DNA from: an uncultured Amylibacter sp.
Lineage (GTDB): Bacteria; Pseudomonadota; Alphaproteobacteria; Rhodobacterales; Rhodobacteraceae
Reading direction: 5' to 3'
Assembly: GCA_905181935.1 (NCBI GenBank)
Contig: CAJIZV010000003.1
Coordinates: 64,848 to 128,847, forward strand
DNA length: 64,000 nucleotides
The notes under the pieces are model-generated. The model was not told the origin of the DNA and did not search any database. It saw only the letters and a program-made list of their open reading frames with translations. The translations under genes and the position numbers were made by a program. Below, in pieces: positions 20,105 to 30,523 of this stretch. Every line of letters begins with the position of its first letter. The stretch's first letter is position 1.

Positions 20105-21403
20105 ATGCTAATGGCCAAACCAGGATTATTTGCTCGTGAAGCGGCAGTGAGATTGTTACATGCAGTTTTATTAGAGCGCCGTTTGCTGATTGATTTGGTT
20201 AATGGTGAAGATAGCCCATTAATTGATTTGGAGCCTAACGAGCGAGCACGTGCACAATCATTAGCTATGACAACTTTACGCAACTTAGGTCCTGTTGACG
20301 CAGTTTTAGAGCAATTTTTAACTAAACAAACGCCGTTTTCATTATTAAATATTTTGCGAGTTGCTGCTACTGAAATACTTGTGGATGGTATTGCGGCTCA
20401 TGCTGCAGTCGATGCGGCTGTAACTATGGCAAAGCGTAGGCAAAAGACTGAACATTTAAAAAATTTGGCGAATGCAGTTTTACGTAAAGTAGCAAGCGAA
20501 GGGCCAGCAATATTTGCGACATTGTCTCCTCAAGAATTGCCTAAAGCTTTTAGATCTCAAATGTCCAAAATTATTCCTAAAGAAGATTTTGTTGCCATCG
20601 AGCTGGCGCATCAGTTGGGTGCGCCACTTGACTTAAGTTTTAAGAGTATGGCGCAAGCAAGTTTATTGGCAGAACGTTTGGGTGGAGTTTTGATGCCTAA
20701 TGGATCTGTTCGACTAAAGCGCGCTGGACAAATCACAGAATTACCTGGATTTACTGAAGGTGATTGGTGGGTTCAAGACTTAGCTGCCTCTATACCGGCA
20801 AAATGCTTTGGTGATTTAATTGGCAAGCGGGTGTTAGATTTATGCGCTGCTCCTGGTGGAAAAACAATGCAACTGTCAGCAATGGGAGCAAATGTAACGG
20901 CGCTAGATATTTCTTCGCAACGTATGAAACGTGTTAAGCAAAATTTGGAACGTACAGGGTTAGATGCTAACTTTGTTGTTGCAGATGCTTTGAACTGGAA
21001 GCCAAAAGTATTGTTTGATGCTATATTATTAGATGCTCCCTGTTCTGCTACTGGAACAATTAGACGACATCCTGATTTACCGTTTGCAAAAGAAAATTTT
21101 GATTTAGGTGACCTATTAAAACTACAACGCGACTTAATTCTAAAAGCATCAGAATGGTTGACACCAGGTGGCGTTCTGATTTATTCCACGTGTTCAATTT
21201 TTGCAGCAGAAGGTGAAGGCCAAGTAAAGTGGTTAGCCAAGCAAGACAGCAATTTAAAGCCTCAAGTAATTGACCCAGTGGCTATGGGTTTAGAAACGTT
21301 TATGGCTAATGAAGATGGGCAAATTCGATTGCGACCAGATTATTGGGCGGAACATGGTGGTATGGATGGGTTTTTCGTAGCAAAGTTTATGCTGACGTCT
21401 TAA
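20105..21403 (+). CDS. rsmB: RsmB/Sun-family 16S rRNA m5C methyltransferase
   Basis: The 432-aa ORF has an N-terminal NusB-like region, the SAM motif DLCAAPGGKT, and the catalytic motifs DAPCSATG and YSTCS. Confidence 0.8.
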   Translation: MLMAKPGLFAREAAVRLLHAVLLERRLLIDLVNGEDSPLIDLEPNERARAQSLAMTTLRNLGPVDAVLEQFLTKQTPFSLLNILRVAATEILVDGIAAHAAVDAAVTMAKRRQKTEHLKNLANAVLRKVASEGPAIFATLSPQELPKAFRSQMSKIIPKEDFVAIELAHQLGAPLDLSFKSMAQASLLAERLGGVLMPNGSVRLKRAGQITELPGFTEGDWWVQDLAASIPAKCFGDLIGKRVLDLCAAPGGKTMQLSAMGANVTALDISSQRMKRVKQNLERTGLDANFVVADALNWKPKVLFDAILLDAPCSATGTIRRHPDLPFAKENFDLGDLLKLQRDLILKASEWLTPGGVLIYSTCSIFAAEGEGQVKWLAKQDSNLKPQVIDPVAMGLETFMANEDGQIRLRPDYWAEHGGMDGFFVAKFMLTS

Positions 21404-21429
21404 CCTTATTCAAAGATTAGTGAGTAAAT

Positions 21430-23061
21430 ATGGGTATCTTTGGATATAATTGGGGAAATTTGATTGCTGTAAAACGCAGTAAATTTTCGTGGCCTACGCG
21501 GCGTTTCACTTTTGAGCCTGAGCCATACTCTATAGGATTACCTGAATGTGGAAAGCACATTACTAATGGATTTTTCTTATTTGGGGGTCACCTTGTTGAA
21601 GCTCAAAATACGTCTATTTGGGATATTGAATGCCCAAGTCTTGATTTCGAACAAGAATTACATGGATTTGGGTGGCTAGATCACTTAGCTGCAGATGGGA
21701 GTGCCAAAGCGCGAAATTTAGCAAAACAATGGTTTTGGGAGTGGATGGAGCGATTTGGTGGTGGCTTGGGACCAGGCTGGTGTCCTCAATTGACAGGTCG
21801 CCGTATCATACGTGTAATTAATCATTCACAGATTTTATTATTTAATGAGAGTGTTAAAAAACAAAAAGCATATTTTAAAATTTTAGGACACCAAGCCAAC
21901 TTTCTGTCAAGGCGCTCTAAAGCAGAAAAACCAGGATTAAAGCGGTTAGAGGCTTTAACAGGTTTGATTTTTTGTGCTTCCATTTTAAAAGGAAAAAAAC
22001 ACTTTTTAAGATCTAATATGAAAAAATTAGCTCGAGAATCTATGCGTTGTATCAATAAAAACGGCGATGTTATATCTCGTAACCCTGAAGAATTAATGCA
22101 CATTTTCATTATGCTTTCATGGGCTGCCCGTGCAATTATTGAAGTGAAGGGAAAACCTCTTAAAAATCATTTATTAGCAATTGAACTTATTGCCCCTAAC
22201 CTTCGTGCGTTGCGTTTAGGTAATGGTGGGCTAGTACATTTTCATGGAGGCGGGCGGGGAATTCCAGGTCGCTTAGACCAAGCTCTTTCGGAGGTCTCAA
22301 TTCGACTACCCGCTCGTATGGGTGGTGCTATGGGATACCATCGTATTTCTAATAATGGGACCATTTTGATTATGGACGGTGGTGCACAAATTCCAAAAAA
22401 TGAACCCAGCTTTAGTGCACTATCCTTTGAATTATCTATTGGCCATGAAGAACTAATCGTAAATACAGGCCCTGGTATGCTTTTTGGCAGCCATTGGTTG
22501 AACTCTAGCCGGACCTTGTATGCCCATAGTGGGGTGTGCGTTGATGAAACAGTACCATCTGTTGGTCGTACTGATGTGGTACCCAAATTTGAACGCAAAG
22601 AAAGTTCTGATGTTGTAAAACTAAATAGTTCTCATGATGGATTTGCTTTAACGCATGGGGTATTGCACTACCGAAAAATAGAAATGAACCGCAAGGGTTC
22701 TGTAATAAGTGGGAAGGATACTATTTTAGCTGAAGGTGTTAGCCATTGTGGAATTTTCGACGGATGGCTCAAACGCAAGAATACAAAATCTATGCCCTTT
22801 AATGCGCGATTTCATATTTCTCCTGATGTTACTTTAGAATTTGGCATACTTGATACAGCAGTTAGTATGACAACGCCAAAAGGTGATGTTTGGATTTTAC
22901 GCTCACCAAATGCTAAAATAAGCATACAGGAAAGTGCTTTTATGCAATATGGACACTTACATCCACGTGCGTCAAAACAGGTTGTGGTATCTGGTAGCGC
23001 AATGGATTATGAGGGCGTCATTGAATGGACGCTGTCTCGGTTAGAAGTTCTGGACCACTGA
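21430..23061 (+). CDS. heparinase II/III-like family protein (function unknown)
   Basis: A 543-aa ORF with no signal peptide. The family call rests on remembered alphaproteobacterial synteny (rsmB, heparinase-like, purH) and general sequence character, and is not verified. Confidence 0.5.
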   Translation: MGIFGYNWGNLIAVKRSKFSWPTRRFTFEPEPYSIGLPECGKHITNGFFLFGGHLVEAQNTSIWDIECPSLDFEQELHGFGWLDHLAADGSAKARNLAKQWFWEWMERFGGGLGPGWCPQLTGRRIIRVINHSQILLFNESVKKQKAYFKILGHQANFLSRRSKAEKPGLKRLEALTGLIFCASILKGKKHFLRSNMKKLARESMRCINKNGDVISRNPEELMHIFIMLSWAARAIIEVKGKPLKNHLLAIELIAPNLRALRLGNGGLVHFHGGGRGIPGRLDQALSEVSIRLPARMGGAMGYHRISNNGTILIMDGGAQIPKNEPSFSALSFELSIGHEELIVNTGPGMLFGSHWLNSSRTLYAHSGVCVDETVPSVGRTDVVPKFERKESSDVVKLNSSHDGFALTHGVLHYRKIEMNRKGSVISGKDTILAEGVSHCGIFDGWLKRKNTKSMPFNARFHISPDVTLEFGILDTAVSMTTPKGDVWILRSPNAKISIQESAFMQYGHLHPRASKQVVVSGSAMDYEGVIEWTLSRLEVLDH

Positions 23062-23084
23062 AAATAGTTGCCAAAGGAATGCAA

Positions 23085-24677
23085 ATGTCTCTTGATTATA
23101 TAAAAATCCGCCGTGCCCTTTTATCTGTTTCTGACAAAACTGGTTTGATTGAATTAGCTACTGCATTGGACAAAAAAGGAGTTGAGTTACTTTCCACTGG
23201 TGGGACAGCAAAAACTATTCGAGATGCAGGTCTGCTTGTGCGGGATGTTTCCGATATTACTGGATTTCCTGAGATGATGGATGGGCGTGTAAAAACCTTA
23301 CACCCTATGGTTCACGGCGGCTTGCTTGCTCTACGTGATAATAAAGATCACATAAATGCTATGAGAAAACATGGGATTGAGGAAATCGATTTATTAGTTG
23401 TTAACCTTTACCCGTTTGAAGAGACAGTTACTGCAGGTGGTGATTACAACGATTGTATTGAAAATATTGATATTGGTGGCCCTGCCATGATTCGTGCCGC
23501 CGCCAAAAATCATGAATTTGTCTCTGTGGTTGTGGATGTTAAAGATTATCAAGTTTTGTTGAAGCAAATGGATGTTAATGATGGAGCAACTACCCTAAAT
23601 TTTAGGAAAAAATTAGCACAAACTGCATACGCGCTTACGGGTTCTTACGATGCTGCAGTATCAACTTGGATGGCAAGAGAAATTGGAATATCTGCTCCAC
23701 GTCGAAAAGTTATTGCCGGAACATTTGTGCAGGAAATGCGTTATGGGGAAAATCCACATCAATCAGCCAGTTTTTATTCAAACGGTTCAGGGCGCCCAGG
23801 AGTGTCTACCGCAAAACAACATCAAGGTAAGGCACTATCTTATAATAATATAAATGATACCGATGCTGCCTTTGAATTAGTATCAGAATTTGACCCCAAA
23901 GACGGTCCGACTATTGCTATTATTAAACATGCAAATCCTTGTGGAGTGGCACATGGCTCATCATTTTTAGATGCTTATAATAGAGCATTTCAATGTGATC
24001 AAACGTCAGCTTTTGGTGGCATTATTGCATTGAATGGTACACTTGATGGTGAAACAGCAGAACAGATTTGTAAAATCTTTACAGAAGTTGTGATTGCTCC
24101 GCATGCTACAGACGAAGCTAAAGCTATTTTTGCCGCTAAGAAAAATTTGCGATTATTAACAACTGGTGGATTGCCTGATGTGCGTCAAGGGGGGCAGACC
24201 TGGCGTCAAGTCGCGGGGGGATATTTAATACAAGACCGTGATAATGGATTTATAAATCAAGAAGACATAAAGCTTGTAACCAAGCGTGCGCCAAGTGATA
24301 TTGAAATGCGTGATATGCTATTTGCATGGAAAGTAGCTAAACATGTGAAATCTAATGCAATTGTTTATGTTAAAGATGGCGCGACAGTTGGTGTGGGTGC
24401 GGGCCAAATGAGCCGCATAGACAGTACTCGTATAGCTGCACGCAAAGCACAAGATATGGCTAAAGCAATTAATCTAGAGAAGCCGCTAACGATTGGCTCT
24501 GTTGTGGCATCAGATGCATTCTTTCCATTTTCGGATGGATTACTTGCTGCTGCAAAAGCAGGCGCAACTGCTGTGATTCAACCAGGAGGTTCAATGCGTG
24601 ATGAAGAAGTTATAAAAGCTGCTGACGAATTAGGCTTGGCTATGTTGTATACTGGCATGCGTCATTTTAAGCACTGA
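23085..24677 (+). CDS. purH: bifunctional AICAR transformylase / IMP cyclohydrolase
   Basis: Canonical PurH sequence ([10 protein letters not shown]..., GGTAK.., KTLHP..HGG). I moved the start to the ATG at 23085, which has an AAAGGA Shine-Dalgarno (SD) sequence 6 nt upstream. Confidence 0.9.
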   Translation: MSLDYIKIRRALLSVSDKTGLIELATALDKKGVELLSTGGTAKTIRDAGLLVRDVSDITGFPEMMDGRVKTLHPMVHGGLLALRDNKDHINAMRKHGIEEIDLLVVNLYPFEETVTAGGDYNDCIENIDIGGPAMIRAAAKNHEFVSVVVDVKDYQVLLKQMDVNDGATTLNFRKKLAQTAYALTGSYDAAVSTWMAREIGISAPRRKVIAGTFVQEMRYGENPHQSASFYSNGSGRPGVSTAKQHQGKALSYNNINDTDAAFELVSEFDPKDGPTIAIIKHANPCGVAHGSSFLDAYNRAFQCDQTSAFGGIIALNGTLDGETAEQICKIFTEVVIAPHATDEAKAIFAAKKNLRLLTTGGLPDVRQGGQTWRQVAGGYLIQDRDNGFINQEDIKLVTKRAPSDIEMRDMLFAWKVAKHVKSNAIVYVKDGATVGVGAGQMSRIDSTRIAARKAQDMAKAINLEKPLTIGSVVASDAFFPFSDGLLAAAKAGATAVIQPGGSMRDEEVIKAADELGLAMLYTGMRHFKH

Positions 24678-24678
24678 T

Positions 24679-25149
24679 ATGATTAAAACTCTTACATATT
24701 CTAGTTTATTTTTTGCTATTGATCAGATTAGTAAATGGTTGATATTGGAAAAATTACTTTTAAATACAATAGGTGTTTATGAGGTTTTTCAGCCGTACTT
24801 AGTTTTTAAAATGGGTTGGAATAAAGGAATAAATTTTGGACTACTTTCTAGTAGTCCTGAAATAATGCAGTGGGCATTAATAGTATTGGCCACCGGAATA
24901 TGTGCTACATTACTTTATTGGTCTCGAAACCTCTCAGGACGGTTTGTGCCAATACTTACAGGATTGGCTATTGGTGGTGCCATGGGAAATGTCTTCGATC
25001 GTATTCGTTTTGGTGCCGTAATTGATTTCCTAAACATGTCATGCTGTGGGTTCCAAAATCCTTATGTTTTCAATCTTGCTGATATCTTTATTTTTATAGG
25101 TTTAATTCCATTGGTGCTGTTTTCTAATAGATTTCAGAAACGTGCGTGA
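24679..25149 (+). CDS. lspA: lipoprotein signal peptidase (signal peptidase II)
   Basis: The 156-aa membrane protein has the NKGINFG, GGAMGNVFDR and FNLAD motifs. Confidence 0.85.
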   Translation: MIKTLTYSSLFFAIDQISKWLILEKLLLNTIGVYEVFQPYLVFKMGWNKGINFGLLSSSPEIMQWALIVLATGICATLLYWSRNLSGRFVPILTGLAIGGAMGNVFDRIRFGAVIDFLNMSCCGFQNPYVFNLADIFIFIGLIPLVLFSNRFQKRA

Positions 25150-25204
25150 CGAGATAATATAATTAAGCTAAACAAGATTATAGAAAATGCGAGTAGATAC
25201 ATAA

Positions 25205-25696
25205 ATGAACTTTGGTTTGAAAATTTCTTTAATTGTTGTTATGGGTCTTAGTATTTCTGCTTGTACTGGTGGAAATAAGAAAGGCCCAGATGAATTTGGC
25301 GTCATGCCAACAAAAGCATTAAAATATCCATCTGATATGATTGAACTGCCTGAACCAAATCTAACCGGAAAAAATCTAGCAGATAAACAACCACTGGAAG
25401 ATGTAATTAATGCGTTAGGTGGTGACGCCAATTACCAAAAAAATACTCAGATTCGTAATAGTGAAAAAGCTTTATTAAAAGTGGTGGGTCGTTTTGGTGT
25501 AACACCTGACATACGCACAATTACTGCGATTGAAGACGCCTCATTCCGCGAAAAAAATAAAGGTAAGGTTTTAGAACGTTTGATTTCTGGCAATATATAT
25601 CAAATTCGTTATCGCAGTGAACGTTTAGACTCGCTTTTAGAAGCAAAGAGATTAGCTGCTTTAGGTGTTCGTACCCCAACAGTAATTTCTAAATAG
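25205..25696 (+). CDS. putative lipoprotein (DUF3035-like)
   Basis: Signal peptide with the lipobox LSISAC. A small hydrophilic protein upstream of the M16 peptidase pair. The family name is from memory only. Confidence 0.55.
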   Translation: MNFGLKISLIVVMGLSISACTGGNKKGPDEFGVMPTKALKYPSDMIELPEPNLTGKNLADKQPLEDVINALGGDANYQKNTQIRNSEKALLKVVGRFGVTPDIRTITAIEDASFREKNKGKVLERLISGNIYQIRYRSERLDSLLEAKRLAALGVRTPTVISK

Positions 25697-25786
25697 TAAC
25701 TCTCCATTTGCTCACGTTTACGTTAGCGCACTTGTATATTTAGTGCTTAGAGTTAAATCTCATTTATCTTAATATAGTAAAATCTT

Positions 25787-27124
25787 ATGAAACATTTTTA
25801 TATCGCAATCTCTTTTCTTTTCTTAAGCTATTCACCAAGCTTTGCGATCGGTGAAGTAAGTACATTTACTTTAAAAAATGGTATGGAGATCGTTGTGATT
25901 GAAGACCATCGTGCCCCCATTGTGACTCACATGGTTTGGTATAAAGTTGGATCGGCAGACGAGCCTCCAGGCAAATCAGGTATAGCACATTATTTGGAAC
26001 ACCTACTATTTAAAGGAACTAAAAATTTAGAATCAGGAGAATTTTCAAAGATTGTTGCAGAAAATGGGGGAACAGGAAATGCATTTACTTCTTATGATTA
26101 TACTGGCTATTTTCAGCGTGTAGCAGCTGACCGATTAAACCTTATGATGGAAATCGAATCTGATCGCATGCAAAATCTTAGGCTTACCATTGAAGATGTA
26201 TTGCCTGAACGCGACGTCATAATCGAAGAACGTAATTCGCGCACAGAAAATAATCCTAACACTTTATTTAATGAACATCGTTCTTCACTGATGTATCAGA
26301 ATCACCCTTATGGTGTTCCAGTTATAGGTTGGATGCACGAAATAGAAAAGCTAACGCGTGAAGATGCTATTGAATTTTATAAAAGATATTATGCCCCCAA
26401 TAATGCTATTTTGATTGTTGCTGGGGATGTGGAGCCTCAAGCAGTTTTAGATTTAGCTCAGAAACATTATGGCATTCGAATTGCCTCAGAAGGAATAGTT
26501 AAACGTGTTCGCCCACAAGAGCCGCCTAAAAGAGCTGCAATCCATACAATTTATGAAGACCCAAGGGTAAGGCAACCTTATATTATCCGTGAATATTTAG
26601 CTGAAAATCGAAAGCCGGGTGACCAATTAGAAGCAGCAGTATTAACTATATTTGCCCAGTTATTGGGAGGATCAGGTGTGACTTCTTTTTTAGGGAAACG
26701 GTTGCAGCTTGATGAAAAAATAGCCTTAAATGTTTCAGCATGGCATTCTGCGACTTCATACGATCCGAGTAAATTTGGGCTATATGTGTTGCCTGCTCCA
26801 GGCGTAAGCCTACAAGCTGTAGAGGATGCATTAGATTTAGCGCTACATAATTTCTTTGAGGTTGGCGTCGATCAGGATCATTTACGACGCATTAAAACAC
26901 AGATTAAAGCATCAAAAATTTTTGCATTAGATAACCAAGAAGGTATTGCTCGAAGTTATGGCACTGCGTTAACGAGTGGACTATCAGTAAAAGATGTAAA
27001 AGACTGGCCTAGTATTTTGGCTGCTGTGTCTGCTGAAGATATTATGATTGCTGCGCGTAAAGTATTGAACCCTAAGTCATCAGTTACAGGTTGGATTCGT
27101 GGTCCGCAGGAGATTACAGAATGA
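25787..27124 (+). CDS. M16 (pitrilysin) family zinc peptidase, catalytic-type subunit
   Basis: Signal peptide and the inverted zinc motif HYLEH (HxxEH) in GIAHYLEHLLFKG. Confidence 0.85.
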   Translation: MKHFYIAISFLFLSYSPSFAIGEVSTFTLKNGMEIVVIEDHRAPIVTHMVWYKVGSADEPPGKSGIAHYLEHLLFKGTKNLESGEFSKIVAENGGTGNAFTSYDYTGYFQRVAADRLNLMMEIESDRMQNLRLTIEDVLPERDVIIEERNSRTENNPNTLFNEHRSSLMYQNHPYGVPVIGWMHEIEKLTREDAIEFYKRYYAPNNAILIVAGDVEPQAVLDLAQKHYGIRIASEGIVKRVRPQEPPKRAAIHTIYEDPRVRQPYIIREYLAENRKPGDQLEAAVLTIFAQLLGGSGVTSFLGKRLQLDEKIALNVSAWHSATSYDPSKFGLYVLPAPGVSLQAVEDALDLALHNFFEVGVDQDHLRRIKTQIKASKIFALDNQEGIARSYGTALTSGLSVKDVKDWPSILAAVSAEDIMIAARKVLNPKSSVTGWIRGPQEITE

Positions 27125-28434
27125 ATAAATTTTTAAGTGCATTGGTTATAATTTTATTGTCAGGGTTACCTGTTAATGCTGAACTGATCATTCATGAGGT
27201 AAAATCTAAGGGTGGAATTACGGCATGGTTAGTAAATGATAATTCTATTCCAATAGTTTCATTTGATATAGCTTTTAAAGGTGGTGCATCCACTGAGCTA
27301 GATGACAAACTGGGTGCTACATATTTAATGACAGGTTTGCTAGAAGAGGGCGCTGGTAATATGGACGCCACTGCTTTTAGCCTTGCAGCAGAAGAGTTAG
27401 CAACATCATTAAGTTTTAATAGTTCTCGCGAACGAATTTCTATTTCAGCAGAGTTTCTTAAAGAAACTACAAATCAAAGTTTAGCACTATTAAAGGTCGC
27501 TATCATGGAACCTGCCTTTAATGATGCTGCTTTTGAACGAACTAAAGCTCAGGTTCTATCAATTATTTCGCGCAATCAAACAGACCCACAAAAGATTGCG
27601 TCAAATGCATTTAATAAAATTGCATTTTCTGGCCATCCATATGGCCGGCCGTACCAAGGCACTGCAAACAGTATTGCTAATTTAACCAAAGATGACATGT
27701 ACGAAGCTCATCGCCAAAATTTAACCAAAGACCGCTTAGTTGTGAGCGTAGTTGGCGATATTACGGCTGATGAATTATCAATTATTCTGGATGATTTATT
27801 CGGTGGACTGCCAGAAAAAGGTGCGTCATTTCCTGTCGCTACAAATTTTAAAGCATCCGGTGGTAATACAATTATAGACTTTGATACGCCACAATCTATA
27901 GCGTTGTGGGGGCATTCTGGGATCTCACAAAACGACCCAGATTTTTTTGCAGCATTTGTAATGAATCACATACTAGGTGGTGGAAGTTTTACATCACGTT
28001 TAACTGACGAGGTGCGAGAAAAGCGTGGCTTAACTTACGGTGTATACTCTTATATGGCCAATATGGATTATGCTAATTTTTATGGTGGATCGGTATCATC
28101 AGCGAACGACCGTATTGGAGAAGCATTAGATGTAATTAAAGAGGAATGGGCTCGGATGGCTAATAGTGGAGTTACTCAAGAGGAGTTGATCGCTGCAAAA
28201 AAATATATGACTGGGTCTTATCCATTACGATTTGATGGAAATAGTCAAATTGCGGGTATTTTAACTTATAGCCAAACAAATGACTTCCCCATTAATTATC
28301 CACAAAATCGTAATAGTTACATAGAGGCAGTAACAAAAAAAGATATTGCCCGTGTAGCAAATCGAATTTTGAAGGCTGAAGATATCCATTTTGTTGTAGT
28401 TGGCAGTCCAACTGGATTAGGGGCTGCTGAATAG
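27121..28434 (+). CDS. M16 family peptidase, non-catalytic-type partner subunit
   Basis: M16 fold sequence without an HxxEH motif. The start at ATG 27121 (MNKFLSAL, signal peptide) overlaps the upstream stop in an ATGA arrangement. Confidence 0.8.
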   Translation: MNKFLSALVIILLSGLPVNAELIIHEVKSKGGITAWLVNDNSIPIVSFDIAFKGGASTELDDKLGATYLMTGLLEEGAGNMDATAFSLAAEELATSLSFNSSRERISISAEFLKETTNQSLALLKVAIMEPAFNDAAFERTKAQVLSIISRNQTDPQKIASNAFNKIAFSGHPYGRPYQGTANSIANLTKDDMYEAHRQNLTKDRLVVSVVGDITADELSIILDDLFGGLPEKGASFPVATNFKASGGNTIIDFDTPQSIALWGHSGISQNDPDFFAAFVMNHILGGGSFTSRLTDEVREKRGLTYGVYSYMANMDYANFYGGSVSSANDRIGEALDVIKEEWARMANSGVTQEELIAAKKYMTGSYPLRFDGNSQIAGILTYSQTNDFPINYPQNRNSYIEAVTKKDIARVANRILKAEDIHFVVVGSPTGLGAAE

Positions 28435-28491
28435 TTTATGTTATAATCCAGTTATGGCAGAATCGGCGAGGTTCATGATAAGTATTGTTTT

Positions 28492-30327
28492 ATGAATGTA
28501 CAAAAAACCAAAATAGCTCATGATCGCCCTATTATTAGGCAGTTAGATGATGCTGCTGCAAATCGTATTGCAGCTGGTGAAGTTGTTGAGCGACCAAGTT
28601 CTGCAATTAAAGAGCTGGTTGAGAATTCTATTGATGCGGCATCTACAAGGATTGATATTTCATACAGTGACGGTGGAAAGACACTAATTCGTGTAAAGGA
28701 TGATGGGCATGGTATCGCAGAAGGTGAGTTGTGTTTAGCCTTGTCTCGCCACGCAACCAGTAAAATAGACGGTTCTGATCTCTTAAATATTCATACATTT
28801 GGATTTCGCGGTGAGGCTTTACCTTCTATGGGTGCAGTTGGGCGGCTTACTATGACTAGTCGAGTGAGTGATGCAACGGTAGGCGCTATGATTATTGTTA
28901 ATGGTGGAGAAATAGAAAAAGTGCGTCCTGCGCCTGCTAGCGTTGGAACAGTTGTAGAGCTGCGTGATCTATTCCATGCAACCCCTGCTCGGTTAAAATT
29001 TTTGCGAACGGATCGTGCTGAAGCAGGTGCGATTTCTGATGTAATAAAGCGTCTGGCAATGGCTGAGCCCTATATTGGTTTCACTTTACGCGATGTGTCA
29101 GGTGGGGGTGAAGGCCGTATTGTATTTCGTGCTGATCCAGAAACTGGTGATTTATTTAATGCACTACACGGACGCCTACGCAAAATTTTGGGGGCAGATT
29201 TTGCAACTAATTGTATACGAATTGATGCTGAACGTGAGGGTATGACTTTAACGGGTTTTGCGAGTTTACCAACATATTCCCGTGGTTCGGCAGTTGCACA
29301 GTATATTTTTGTAAATGGTCGGCCGGTAAAAGATAGAAATCTATTAACCGCATTGCGCGCGGCTTATTCTGATTTTCTACATAATGGGCGATACCCTATA
29401 GTTGCACTGTATATAGAATGTGATTTGGAACGTGTTGACGTAAATGTTCACCCTACAAAAGCTGAAGTTCGCTTCCGTGAGCCAGGTGTTGCACGTGGTT
29501 TAATTATATCAGGCTTGCGACATGCATTAGCTGAAGCAGGCCACCGTGCCTCCTCGACTGTAGCAGATTCAGCTTTAGGTGCTTTTATGCCTTCTGATAC
29601 AATGCAGTCATTTGGCCAGTATCAAATGGGCCACAAAAAATCTTTTGCAGCTTTTACAGGTCATGACCGCCAAGCTGGATTTACAGACATACAAAATAAC
29701 TTTTCTTCGCGTGTTGAAGCGCAAGTATTTAATGAAGAGCCATTTCATAAGCCGCTTGGAGCTGCACGTGCGCAAATTCATGAGAATTATATAATTGCTC
29801 AAACAACTGATGGTATTGTTGTGGTTGATCAACATGCAGCTCACGAACGGTTAGTTTATGAAAAATTAAAAAAACAAATGAATGCTAATGGTGTTGCTGC
29901 TCAGGCTTTGTTGATCCCTGAAATTATTGAGGTATCAGAACAGGACTGCGTAACATTAATGAATGTTGCTTCAGAATTGGCTGTTTTAGGTTTAGTTATA
30001 GAAAGCTTTGGTGGAAATGCTATTGCGGTACGTGAAACTCCTGCGATCTTGGGCGAAGTAAATGCAAAAGCAATAGTTCTAGATATTCTTGATGAATTAC
30101 AAGACTGGTCACAAACTCAATTGATACAAGATAATTTAGAAGCCATCTTAAGTCGAGTTGCCTGTCATGGATCAATTAGGTCTGGACGAATAATGCGTAG
30201 TGAGGAAATGAATGCTCTTTTGCGTGAAATGGAAGTAACTCCCCATTCAGGACAATGTAATCATGGCCGCCCAACGTACATTGAGTTAAAATTAAGTGAT
30301 ATTGAAAGGTTATTTGGTCGTACATAA
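28492..30327 (+). CDS. mutL: DNA mismatch repair protein MutL
   Basis: The 611-aa ORF has an N-terminal GHKL ATPase (IAAGEVVERPSSAIKELVENSIDA), C-terminal endonuclease-type motifs, and CxHGRP at the end. Confidence 0.9.
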   Translation: MNVQKTKIAHDRPIIRQLDDAAANRIAAGEVVERPSSAIKELVENSIDAASTRIDISYSDGGKTLIRVKDDGHGIAEGELCLALSRHATSKIDGSDLLNIHTFGFRGEALPSMGAVGRLTMTSRVSDATVGAMIIVNGGEIEKVRPAPASVGTVVELRDLFHATPARLKFLRTDRAEAGAISDVIKRLAMAEPYIGFTLRDVSGGGEGRIVFRADPETGDLFNALHGRLRKILGADFATNCIRIDAEREGMTLTGFASLPTYSRGSAVAQYIFVNGRPVKDRNLLTALRAAYSDFLHNGRYPIVALYIECDLERVDVNVHPTKAEVRFREPGVARGLIISGLRHALAEAGHRASSTVADSALGAFMPSDTMQSFGQYQMGHKKSFAAFTGHDRQAGFTDIQNNFSSRVEAQVFNEEPFHKPLGAARAQIHENYIIAQTTDGIVVVDQHAAHERLVYEKLKKQMNANGVAAQALLIPEIIEVSEQDCVTLMNVASELAVLGLVIESFGGNAIAVRETPAILGEVNAKAIVLDILDELQDWSQTQLIQDNLEAILSRVACHGSIRSGRIMRSEEMNALLREMEVTPHSGQCNHGRPTYIELKLSDIERLFGRT

Positions 30328-30523
30328 TAAAAATTGATAATCACGCTATATAAATAAAAAGTTTCTTTCTAGTCAGTGGGCAATTAAAGGGTTTCCAAAC
30401 ATACTTAAATTAAAATTAAAAGTTTGAGTAAGCTCTAGACACTATAACCGCGACAATACGTCAACTATGATTACATACTGTATGTAATCAATTTAAGTAT
30501 GAGTTAATTTATAAGGTGCTGCC

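Noticed and set aside
20041-20283. 5' extension that turns the DUF1674 gene into a 140-aa ORF
   Set aside because: The extension is low-complexity, overlaps the rsmB start region, and is absent from the conserved family core. The internal ATG at 20040 gives the typical protein of about 59 aa.
23025-23084. 20-codon N-terminal extension of purH overlapping the upstream gene
   Set aside because: Conserved PurH sequence begins at [20 protein letters not shown], and an AAAGGA SD sequence precedes the ATG at 23085.
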